Shown: positions 1 to 8,009 of the stretch, piece after piece
Numbering within the stretch: position 1 is the first letter of the stretch
How the letters are laid out: the number at the start of each line of letters is the position of its first letter
DNA from: a virus
Strand: one strand, 5' to 3'
IMG/VR virus record: IMGVR_UViG_3300025141_000063
Coordinates: 1-64,000 of that record
Length of the DNA stretch: 64,000 nucleotides
Position numbers and translations under genes: made by a program
Notes under the pieces: model-generated
The model's input: the letters and a program-made list of their open reading frames with translations, nothing else
What the model was told of the DNA's origin: nothing
Databases searched by the model: none

Positions 1-1
1 C

Positions 2-349
2 ATCTACGACGGCCTCCTCTGGTACCAGGTCTTCGTGGGCATCACCGATGAAGACCTCCGGTTCCTGCAGGAGCTGTTGCAGGAACAGGAGTGGGCGGGC
101 GAGCCGGCCTGGACGGTGTTCCACTTCCTGTGCTCGAGGATGATCAGCTACTTCCGGGGGCATCGCAACTTCAACTCCAGGCTGGATCTGCAGCGGACGC
201 ATGCTCTACTGATTCAGGCCCGAAGGCAACTGCGAGCGCAAGTGTTGCTGGCCTTCGGCTCGGAGCTGGAGGAGCGGTCCCGGCACTTCGAGGCGCTCTT
301 CGCCGAGAAGCCCACGCTGAGGGAAGACCTGCTCTCGCGGATCAGCTAG
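2..349 (+). CDS. hypothetical protein, 5'-truncated by window edge
   Basis: Frame is open from base 2 (IYDGLLWYQVFVGITDEDL...) to TAG at 347-349; GC3-biased codons; converges on terL. Confidence 0.6.
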   Translation: MYDGLLWYQVFVGITDEDLRFLQELLQEQEWAGEPAWTVFHFLCSRMISYFRGHRNFNSRLDLQRTHALLIQARRQLRAQVLLAFGSELEERSRHFEALFAEKPTLREDLLSRIS

Positions 350-2100
350 GCAGCTTCCTTGGTCGGGAAGATGACATCGGGGCGCGGGCGCTCCAGCATC
401 GAGGCCAGGAAGCAGTAGACGATGGAGTGGAACGTATCGTCCGTGGCGCCTGGCGACTTCTTGAACTCGTCCATGCGCCGCTTCTCGTTGTACTCGCTGA
501 AGATGTTCATCATGTCCTTGGCGTAGGGGTCCTCCCACTCCTCGTAGCGAGGGAAGCGGAAGACCGTGCGGCGCTTGATGGCGTTGAAGATGTCCGCCAT
601 CACCTCCTGCCGGTTCACGATCCAACGACGTAGGTGGTCCTCGTAGCTCACCTTCTTCAGGGGCGCGAGGTACTGGTACTTGTGCACGCGCTCGGGGCCG
701 AAGGCGCGGGTCAGGTCATCGTTCTGGTGGAAGCCGCCACCGTAGTCAACGCCGATGAGGCGGACCTTCCAGGAGCGGATCAGCTCCTTGATGAGCCGGA
801 GCTGTACGTCGGGCTCCGTCTCCACCCCTATGAAGCGGTGCATGTAGAAGATCGTGAAGCGGTTGTCGAGGTACGCCCCCAGGGTGAGCACGGTGTAGCT
901 CTGCTCGCCGGTGCCCCAGTCGATGCCCGCGTAGACGGGGGTGAGCCTGCTGTCGATCACCTGCTTGAGCTGCCGCAGGAAGGGCCCGTCCTGCATGCTG
1001 ACCTTCGGGTCGCAGTTGTCGGTCAGGTCCATCTTGGTCAGGGGGCGCGTGCCGGAGTCGTACGACTTGCCCAAGACCTCGTTGTAGAACTGCGCCTTGC
1101 CGTAACTGCCGTACTTGTCGAGGATCTCGTTCCAGCGAATCCAGGGCACCATCAGCTGGGGGATGCGGAAGCCCTCGAAGGGCTCGGACATCTTGTCCGC
1201 GACGCTGGGGTTCATCGACGCCCACTGCGACATCGGGTGCATGGGGAAGATGGGCTGGCAGCAACGCTCGCAGGACAGGCCGTGCTTCTGGATGTTTCGC
1301 TCGCCGAGGACGTTCCAGTGCCAGCTGCCGGGGTTCTTCGGGGTGCCGTGCCGCTCGCAGGGGACGACCCACTCGTTCTGCGTGGACTCCTCCGCCCAGT
1401 AGTACTCGATGGTGTTGTCCATCGACTTCGGGGTGCCGGAGAAGCGGTAGATCTTGTACGGGGAGTGGGAGGCGCACTCGAGGATGACCGGGATGTGGTC
1501 GATGTAGATGTCCTGGATCTCGTCCAGGAGGATCAGGTCAGCGGGGATGCCGCGGGTCCGGTCGGCGTTGTGGTAGGCGTAGCGGAGGGTGACGACGCTA
1601 CGGTTAACGAATTGCTTGCGCTCGATGGAGTCCGACAGCGCCAGGTCCGACCAGGCGCGCAGCACGGGGCTCGTCTCCATCGGCTCCCGGAGCCTGTCCC
1701 GGCTGAAGGTCCTGGTCTGGTCTCGGGAGGGGGAGACAAAGAGGGAGTTGAACCCCGGCAGGATGCAGGAGTAGGCCAGGACGATGTTGCCGAGGGAGGT
1801 CGACTTCTCGACCTGCCTGCCGCACATCATCATCACCCGTCGGCTGGGGGTGTTGTAGATCTGCCTCAGGTAGCGCCGCTCGTCGAAGGAGAACTTCTCC
1901 AGCCGCGGGGGCTGGTCCTTCTTGACCACCCGGACCTGGACGGCGAAGCGGACGAAGTCCGTCGGCGACGCGTGGGCGTAGGTGATGTCCCCGAGGATGT
2001 CGTCCAGGGCGAACGCGCTGTCGAGCGGCTCGCTGTAGGAGAGCGACTGACGGGGCGCCAACCAGTTGCTGATGGGCGGGGCGAGGGCCGTTGCACTCAC
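346..2100 (-). CDS. terL: terminase large subunit (lambda GpA-like ATPase + RNase H-fold nuclease)
   Basis: Walker A-like CGRQVEKST, Walker B LILLDEIQD, motif III SGTP, nuclease YAGIDWG and C-terminal DDTFHS; Cys cluster between the domains. Confidence 0.9.
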   Translation of the reverse strand: MSATALAPPISNWLAPRQSLSYSEPLDSAFALDDILGDITYAHASPTDFVRFAVQVRVVKKDQPPRLEKFSFDERRYLRQIYNTPSRRVMMMCGRQVEKSTSLGNIVLAYSCILPGFNSLFVSPSRDQTRTFSRDRLREPMETSPVLRAWSDLALSDSIERKQFVNRSVVTLRYAYHNADRTRGIPADLILLDEIQDIYIDHIPVILECASHSPYKIYRFSGTPKSMDNTIEYYWAEESTQNEWVVPCERHGTPKNPGSWHWNVLGERNIQKHGLSCERCCQPIFPMHPMSQWASMNPSVADKMSEPFEGFRIPQLMVPWIRWNEILDKYGSYGKAQFYNEVLGKSYDSGTRPLTKMDLTDNCDPKVSMQDGPFLRQLKQVIDSRLTPVYAGIDWGTGEQSYTVLTLGAYLDNRFTIFYMHRFIGVETEPDVQLRLIKELIRSWKVRLIGVDYGGGFHQNDDLTRAFGPERVHKYQYLAPLKKVSYEDHLRRWIVNRQEVMADIFNAIKRRTVFRFPRYEEWEDPYAKDMMNIFSEYNEKRRMDEFKKSPGATDDTFHSIVYCFLASMLERPRPDVIFPTKEAA

Positions 2101-3626
2101 GCGTCGCTCGCCTCCTGGATCACCTGCTTGAACTGGTTGGACAGCTCCGACTTCTCGTTGGAGCGTGCCTGGACCCAGCGCTCGAAGGCGCCCGGGTTCT
2201 TCAGGCGGAGGGTGCGCGCGATAGCCCCCTGGGGCCTCGTGGAGTAGTACCGCTGCACCTTCACGTGCCTCTCCTCCTCAGGCAGATGCGTGTGGCTCTT
2301 GTAGCGGATCCCCCGGCCGATGACCTGCTCGATCTTCGAGTTGTTCCAGTGCGGCTCGGCCACCTGCATCAGCTTGGTGCCCTTGAGGTCCAGGCCCTCG
2401 GTGCCGGACGAGCTGACGAGCAGTACCTTCTTCCGGCCGGCGTTGTAGTCCTCGACCATCCGCTTCTTCTCCTTGCGGCTGATGCCGCCGTGGAAGACGT
2501 GGTGGTCGATGCCCTTGGCCTTGAGCTGACGGGAGATCGGCATGAGGCCGGAGTCGATGTAGTTGGAGTAGACGACGCCCCGGAAGTTGGGGTCCTTCTC
2601 GTGGTGCTTGTGGACCTCGTCGACCATCCGCTTGATCTTCGGGGTCTGCGTATCCTCTTCCTTGTCGGTCATCCCCTCGACGTAGGGGCGGTGGGAGAGG
2701 GAGCTCTGCCGCAGGCCGGACTCGAAGGCGTTGAGGTTCTTCGAGTCCGCCTTGCTGGGAGGCAGGCCTGCCCGGATCTTCCGTCGGATATGGAAGGGGA
2801 TCTGCCCCTCGTGGTACTGGTAGACCTTGTGCTGCTCCTTGCCCATCGGGACTTCGATGTGCTCGTCGTGCCGCTCCGGGAAGTGCTCGCCGCCGCCCTC
2901 ATGGAGGTCCACATGGTCCTTCAGGGCCTCTCGGAGCATCTTCCGGTTGTGGATCTTCTTGACGATCCCCGGCTTCACCCCGATCATCCGGTTGATCAGC
3001 CCCGGCCTCACCTGGTGCTCCCGAACGAACTTCGCCTCGAACTCCCTCTGGTTCTCTGGGAGCCGAGCTTCCCCCGCCGCGATGTTGGCAGAGATCGCCA
3101 GGTCACTCGGCTTGTTGTAGATCGGGGTGCCGGTCAGAAGTAGGCGCTTCCGCGCGTCCCGCGCCTTCAAGGCGATGTGCTTGTGCCGGGCCGTCCCCGG
3201 GTTGCGGAGGCGATGGGCCTCGTCGAGTACAACGAGGGCGTCGGTGTTCAGGCCGCCGCGACGGAGCTGAGAGTCGCGGGTGAGCTTCGAGTACGAGGTG
3301 ATCCTCCGAGGCAGTTTCCCGGAGGTGTGCTTCTGGATCTCCTTCTCGTAGTTCTCCGCCAGAGGAGCCGGGACTACGACCTCCATCGGCAACTTGCCCC
3401 TGGCCCCGGCAGCGATCGAGGTGAAGGTCTTGCCGCTGCCCAGGCCGTGCATCACCAGCACGCCGTGGCTCTTCTTGAGCTTGTCCAGGACGCGCTGCTG
3501 ATGAGGCTGCATCTCGGACTTCAAGGTAGCGTTGGGCGTACCCACGGCGGGAGCCGGAAGGGGAGCGGCCAGCTTCTCAAAGTGCTCCGCGAAAGAGAGC
3601 CAGGACATGGATCCGAGCGACGACAT
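2097..3626 (-). CDS. SNF2-family (SF2) helicase/ATPase with N-terminal FEKLAA leader
   Basis: Q motif PHQ, HGLGSGKT, LDEAH, LLTGTPIYN, EGLDLKG, HWNNSKIEQVIGRGIR. GGAGG lies upstream of ATG 3626; alternative start 3608. Confidence 0.85.
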   Translation of the reverse strand: MSSLGSMSWLSFAEHFEKLAAPLPAPAVGTPNATLKSEMQPHQQRVLDKLKKSHGVLVMHGLGSGKTFTSIAAGARGKLPMEVVVPAPLAENYEKEIQKHTSGKLPRRITSYSKLTRDSQLRRGGLNTDALVVLDEAHRLRNPGTARHKHIALKARDARKRLLLTGTPIYNKPSDLAISANIAAGEARLPENQREFEAKFVREHQVRPGLINRMIGVKPGIVKKIHNRKMLREALKDHVDLHEGGGEHFPERHDEHIEVPMGKEQHKVYQYHEGQIPFHIRRKIRAGLPPSKADSKNLNAFESGLRQSSLSHRPYVEGMTDKEEDTQTPKIKRMVDEVHKHHEKDPNFRGVVYSNYIDSGLMPISRQLKAKGIDHHVFHGGISRKEKKRMVEDYNAGRKKVLLVSSSGTEGLDLKGTKLMQVAEPHWNNSKIEQVIGRGIRYKSHTHLPEEERHVKVQRYYSTRPQGAIARTLRLKNPGAFERWVQARSNEKSELSNQFKQVIQEASDA

Positions 3627-4020
3627 GGGGCCTCCCAAGAAGGATCTACACTCCCCCTCCCCACGGCTCAAGTGGATGGCCAGCATGCTGCACGAGCTGC
3701 TGCTCCTCTCCTCCGTGTGGGCGGGGGCGCGACTCGAGGATACCCCCGACCCGCTGAAGAAGCGGTTCGTACTCTCTACCCACCGTCGTCTGGGCTACGA
3801 AGAGTGGAAAGCGCTCAAGCGAATCTACACGATCTGGGCGAAGCAGAACGACTGCGTATTCAAGGACATTCGGCGGTACAAGAAAGGTGTAACCGCAGAT
3901 CTCTACATCAAATACGAGATGCACCCCGGCGGTTGTGACTTCAACCCTCACGAAGAGCTGCCTGCGCGTGAGCGCCACTGGCGCAAGATCAATCGCATTA
4001 GCCAAGAGGAGCGCTCATGA
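3625..4020 (+). CDS. hypothetical protein (start uncertain: 3625 or 3676)
   Basis: Open frame whose stop overlaps the MTase start (ATGA at 4017-4020). Confidence 0.55.
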   Translation: MGPPKKDLHSPSPRLKWMASMLHELLLLSSVWAGARLEDTPDPLKKRFVLSTHRRLGYEEWKALKRIYTIWAKQNDCVFKDIRRYKKGVTADLYIKYEMHPGGCDFNPHEELPARERHWRKINRISQEERS

Positions 4021-5522
4021 GCTACCCCCTGGGACGCCACATCACGTCCATCGACCTGTTTGCTGGGGCAGGAGGGGCTTCCCAGGGAATCCTGGAAGCC
4101 ACCGGCTCCAGCCCCATCCTCGCCATCAACCACTGCCCCCACGCCATTGAGATTCACTCCATCAACCACCCCTTCGCGCTGCACCTACGCCAAGGGGTGG
4201 AGCAGACCGACTGCCTCGCTGCCGTCCGAGGCAAGCACATCGACCTCGCATGGTTCTCGCCGGACTGTACTCACTTCAGCAAGGCCAAGGGAGGCAAGCC
4301 GCTCAACCTCAAGATCCGCTCCCTCGCGTGGGAGGTACCCTTCTGGGCCGAGTCCGTGCGCCCCGACGTGATCTGCCTGGAGAATGTCCCCGAGTTCGTC
4401 ACCTGGGGCCCGCTGCATCCGTTAGAAGACTGCACCTGCGGGAGCGACTCGGCCGAGCCGAAGGACCACCCCAAGTGCCTGTACAGCAGGCCCATAAAAA
4501 GCCAAAAGGGCGAGACGTTCAAGAAGTGGGTCAGGGCCATGCGCTCTCTGGGCTACGACCTGCAGTGGAAGAAGCTGATCGCCTGTGACTACGGCGCCCC
4601 CACTTCGAGGAAGCGCCTCTTCGTCATCGCCCGTCGCGACGGCAAGCCCATCCGCTGGCCCCGCAAGACCCACGGCCCTGGCCGGGAGTTCCCCTGGCGC
4701 ACCGCCGCCGAGGTCATCGACTGGGACATCCCGACCCTGTCCATCTTCGCCACCAAAGAGGAGTGCAAGCAGTTCCGTCGGGATGGGCACAGCGACGGCA
4801 CCCCCATCCGCCCACTGGCCGAGGCGACCCAGGCCCGCATCGCTGAGGGCATGCGTCGCTTCGTCTTCGGCGAAGAGACCCCGTACCTCGCGTACGTGGG
4901 CTCCCGGCTGACCGCGCCCACCATGATCCAGACTGGCTTCGGCGAGAGGAAGGGGGGCAAACCCCAACGACCGCGCTACCTCGACCTGCACAAGCCCCTG
5001 GGCACTATCGTCTCTGGAGGGAGCAAGCACGGGCTGATCACGGCCTTCCTGTCCAAGCACTACGGCGGCCCCAACGGCAACTCGGGCGGCCCCGGCCTCT
5101 CGATGCGGCAGCCCCTGGGGGCCGTCACCAGCAGGGACTCCACCGGGCTCACCACGGTCTCCGTCGGCGGGGACCCCCGCCGGGCCAAGCTCGTCGCGGC
5201 CTTCATCACGAAGTACTACGGCCAGGGCGGCCGGTGGTCTGGGCTGGGCGAGCCCATGCACACCATCGTGACCAAGGCTCGAATGGGGCTTGTCACCATC
5301 ACCCTCGAAGGGGAGGAGTACGCCATCACCGACATCGGGATGCGGATGCTACAGCCGCGCGAGCTCGCTCGGGCACAGGGCTTCCAAGATGACTACGTCA
5401 TCACAGGCACCAAGTCCCAGCAGATCGCCCGTATCGGCAACTCCGTGCCTCCGCCGATGGTGGAGGCCATCGTCAAGGCGCAGTTCACCACCAACTACAG
5501 CCAGATCCGGAGGGTCGGATGA
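4017..5522 (+). CDS. DNA (cytosine-5)-methyltransferase
   Basis: Motif I DLFAGAGG, motif IV SPDCTHFS, motif VI ENVPEF, motif VIII RKRLF, motif X GNSVPP. Confidence 0.95.
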   Translation: MSYPLGRHITSIDLFAGAGGASQGILEATGSSPILAINHCPHAIEIHSINHPFALHLRQGVEQTDCLAAVRGKHIDLAWFSPDCTHFSKAKGGKPLNLKIRSLAWEVPFWAESVRPDVICLENVPEFVTWGPLHPLEDCTCGSDSAEPKDHPKCLYSRPIKSQKGETFKKWVRAMRSLGYDLQWKKLIACDYGAPTSRKRLFVIARRDGKPIRWPRKTHGPGREFPWRTAAEVIDWDIPTLSIFATKEECKQFRRDGHSDGTPIRPLAEATQARIAEGMRRFVFGEETPYLAYVGSRLTAPTMIQTGFGERKGGKPQRPRYLDLHKPLGTIVSGGSKHGLITAFLSKHYGGPNGNSGGPGLSMRQPLGAVTSRDSTGLTTVSVGGDPRRAKLVAAFITKYYGQGGRWSGLGEPMHTIVTKARMGLVTITLEGEEYAITDIGMRMLQPRELARAQGFQDDYVITGTKSQQIARIGNSVPPPMVEAIVKAQFTTNYSQIRRVG

Positions 5523-5815
5523 GCGACAAGCCCAACCAGAACGGCGACCTCTTCGTCAACGGGACAAAGGTCGGCGTAGTGACCAGCTCCTCCGAGCACA
5601 CCGACCGTGTCTTCGATCCCATCCGCATGCTGCGCGCTGGGAGGAAGGCGGGCAAGACCGAGGAAATGCGGAAGTACGAGAGATACAAGCGCGTGCCGGA
5701 CCACTGCTTCTTGTCCCAGGAGAGCTGGGACCAGTTGCTGGCAGACATGGAGGCCCTGATGCCGGACGACCCGATCATCATCGAGTCTACCCCCCGGGAG
5801 AAGATCGATGAGTGA
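5519..5815 (+). CDS. hypothetical protein
   Basis: 98-aa ORF overlapping both neighbours (translational coupling). Confidence 0.6.
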   Translation: MSDKPNQNGDLFVNGTKVGVVTSSSEHTDRVFDPIRMLRAGRKAGKTEEMRKYERYKRVPDHCFLSQESWDQLLADMEALMPDDPIIIESTPREKIDE

Positions 5816-6008
5816 GTTCAACTTCCTGGCGGAGCCGATGGATGCCGAGGAGGTGTTCGTGCACCTCTGCCCGTCTTGCATGGGGAGGGTGGCCGAGCTC
5901 TCCATGAAGAAGCACCGGGAGCGGGTCGCCGCAGAGGCCCGGAAGCGTCCGTACCTCGATCCCAAGACCATGAAGGTCACCCACCCGGAGGTGGACGGTG
6001 GCTCGTAG
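5808..6008 (+). CDS. small hypothetical protein with CxxC
   Basis: 66 aa, HLCPSC; start and stop overlap the neighbouring genes. Confidence 0.55.
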   Translation: MSEFNFLAEPMDAEEVFVHLCPSCMGRVAELSMKKHRERVAAEARKRPYLDPKTMKVTHPEVDGGS

Positions 6009-6630
6009 GCGCGGCTTCAAGAAGACGACGCCAGCGTTCACTCCGCTCTCTTCGTTCGACCCCGGCGCTATCGTGGTCGGGGTCGACGAGGTGGGCGTGG
6101 GCCCGCTGGCAGGGCCGATGTTCGCCTGCGCCATCGCCTTCCGTGCAGGGCACGAGCCCATCCCGGGGGTGACGGACAGCAAGAAGGTGGCGGAGAAGAA
6201 GCGGGAGCGCCTGAAGGAGCAGATCCTCGACCAGTGTGTTGGGGCGGGCGTCGGCTTCGTCGACCCCGGCGAGCTGGACGACATCGGGATGTCGATGGCG
6301 CGCAAGCAGGTGCTCATCCGCGCGGTCGAAGACCTGGACATCGAGTACCACCACCTCTACATCGACGGCGACCTCTACCTGAGGGAGCTGCCGGACGCCG
6401 AGCGGGTGGTGAAGGGAGACGAGAAGATCTGGATCGTGGGAGCTGCGTCCATCGTGGCGAAGCAGGAGCAGTGCGCCGTCATGGCGAAGTACCACGAGTG
6501 GTGGCCGGAGTACGGCTTCTGCCGCCACCACGGCTACGGCACGCGCGAGCACATGAACGCGTTGAAGAAGCACGGTGCCCGCCCGGGGCACCGGATGTCG
6601 ATGAAGCCCTTGAGGGACCTGGAGGAGTGA
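5998..6630 (+). CDS. rnhB: ribonuclease HII
   Basis: VGVDEVGVGPLAGP, DSKK, YIDGD, KGDE, AASIVAK, HGYGT..H motifs. Confidence 0.95.
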   Translation: MARRRGFKKTTPAFTPLSSFDPGAIVVGVDEVGVGPLAGPMFACAIAFRAGHEPIPGVTDSKKVAEKKRERLKEQILDQCVGAGVGFVDPGELDDIGMSMARKQVLIRAVEDLDIEYHHLYIDGDLYLRELPDAERVVKGDEKIWIVGAASIVAKQEQCAVMAKYHEWWPEYGFCRHHGYGTREHMNALKKHGARPGHRMSMKPLRDLEE

Positions 6631-6653
6631 GGAGGCGCCCCCCGCGCCTCCTC
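6629..6653. terminator. hairpin between convergent genes
   Basis: GAGGAGGCGC-CCCCC-GCGCCTCCTC, a perfect 10-bp stem at a +/- convergence; no U tract. Confidence 0.55.
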
Positions 6654-6654
6654 C

Positions 6655-7119
6655 TTAGCTCTCCTTGAAGATCTCGCTGATCGCGCCGACGAGGTCCTTC
6701 GTCAGCATCTCGTGGGCCTCCTCGACGGGGGCGTAGCCCTTGCAGCGCAGCGCCCAGCTGGTGACCATCCGCTGGCGACCACGGGGGGTGATCTGCCGGA
6801 TGAACTCGATGGGGCCGGGGACGAGCTCGCTCTTGTGGGGGTTCCAGACGGCGCCCACGTCCGGGGTGTAGTCGGCCTCGAAGCGCTCCGTCGCCTTGGC
6901 CACCCGCTCGACGGCCGCCGCGAGCTGGTCGGCGAAGTCCGGGGGGAAGTCCGAGTGCCAGAGGTGGAAGAGCACATCCGGGCCACGGCGCCCGGCCTCG
7001 ACGACCAGGCCGTTGTCGATCTCCGTCGCAGGGGACCACGCCGGGGGAGTCCCCATGAAGACGCCCTCGTTCCAGATCTCATTCCACGTCTCTTCGGTCG
7101 CCGGCTGCTGCTCCATCAC
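6655..7119 (-). CDS. hypothetical protein
   Basis: 154-aa ORF with coding-like codon bias; last gene of the minus-strand operon. Confidence 0.65.
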   Translation of the reverse strand: MMEQQPATEETWNEIWNEGVFMGTPPAWSPATEIDNGLVVEAGRRGPDVLFHLWHSDFPPDFADQLAAAVERVAKATERFEADYTPDVGAVWNPHKSELVPGPIEFIRQITPRGRQRMVTSWALRCKGYAPVEEAHEMLTKDLVGAISEIFKES

Positions 7120-8009
7120 TTCCCCTCTTCCTGGGTCACGCCCGATCCAGTGTAGCTACCTCCGGTGGCGAGGTCACCGATCGCGGGCACTTTCGCCCCC
7201 TCGGTCTTCATGATGAACTTCTCGAACTCCTTCATGTGCTTGCCAAGGCTGTCGCCGGCGGAGCGCCGAGCGTCAGCGATGTTCCGCACCTCTCGGGACA
7301 GCTCGGTCTGCATCCGCACGGTCGCTTGGTTGGTGCCCCGCCCGTCGAGCTCCTGGAAGCGGAGGTAGAGGGACTGCTGCATCCGTCCCATCATCTGCTC
7401 GCTCTCCAGCTCGAGCTTCATCCCCAGCCGGTGCAGGGCCACGTCGGGGCCGCCCCGAAGCACAGCAAGCCGCCGATCCCCGCCCTCCCCCAGGTCCCGC
7501 AGGCAGAGAGCCCACTCTCCCAGGGACATCACCGATGGGTTGAAGTAGTAGTGCTGGTAGGCGGAGACGATCCCCTCGGACACAGCCGTGCCGTACTTGT
7601 CCTCGACGAGCCGGGCGATCTGAACCGCGGGCACGTGGCCCAGCAGCCCGGTCTCGACATCCTCTCGGGCGTGCCCTGCCCCCAGGAGGGAGGTGGCCTT
7701 CTTGGCCTCGTCCGAGTCCTGGAACATGGCGTCGACCTGAGTCTCCCGCCAGTACCGCCGGTGCCCCAAGCAGTCCCTCTTCCGGGGCAGGTAGGGGCTG
7801 GGGCGGAGCCGGTGGCCCAGCATGTCCTCCCGCTCCTCCTCGAAGCTGTCCTCGTCCAGCGTGAAGAGCCCGAGGCTCCCCAGCGTGCGATTCAGCTCCT
7901 CGGAGTCCGACATCCCCATCAGGAGCAGGTACCTGATGAAGAAGCGGGACGGGTGGTTCTCGATGAGGAGGCCTCCCTCGATCACCTGCACATGCGCGTG
8001 CGCCCTCAC
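7116..8009 (-). CDS. hypothetical protein
   Basis: 297-aa ORF with 4-nt overlaps at both ends. Confidence 0.7.
   Translation of the reverse strand: MRAHAHVQVIEGGLLIENHPSRFFIRYLLLMGMSDSEELNRTLGSLGLFTLDEDSFEEEREDMLGHRLRPSPYLPRKRDCLGHRRYWRETQVDAMFQDSDEAKKATSLLGAGHAREDVETGLLGHVPAVQIARLVEDKYGTAVSEGIVSAYQHYYFNPSVMSLGEWALCLRDLGEGGDRRLAVLRGGPDVALHRLGMKLELESEQMMGRMQQSLYLRFQELDGRGTNQATVRMQTELSREVRNIADARRSAGDSLGKHMKEFEKFIMKTEGAKVPAIGDLATGGSYTGSGVTQEEGK

Noticed and set aside
4017-5522. Restriction-modification system
   Set aside because: No recognisable cognate endonuclease adjacent; treated as an orphan methyltransferase.
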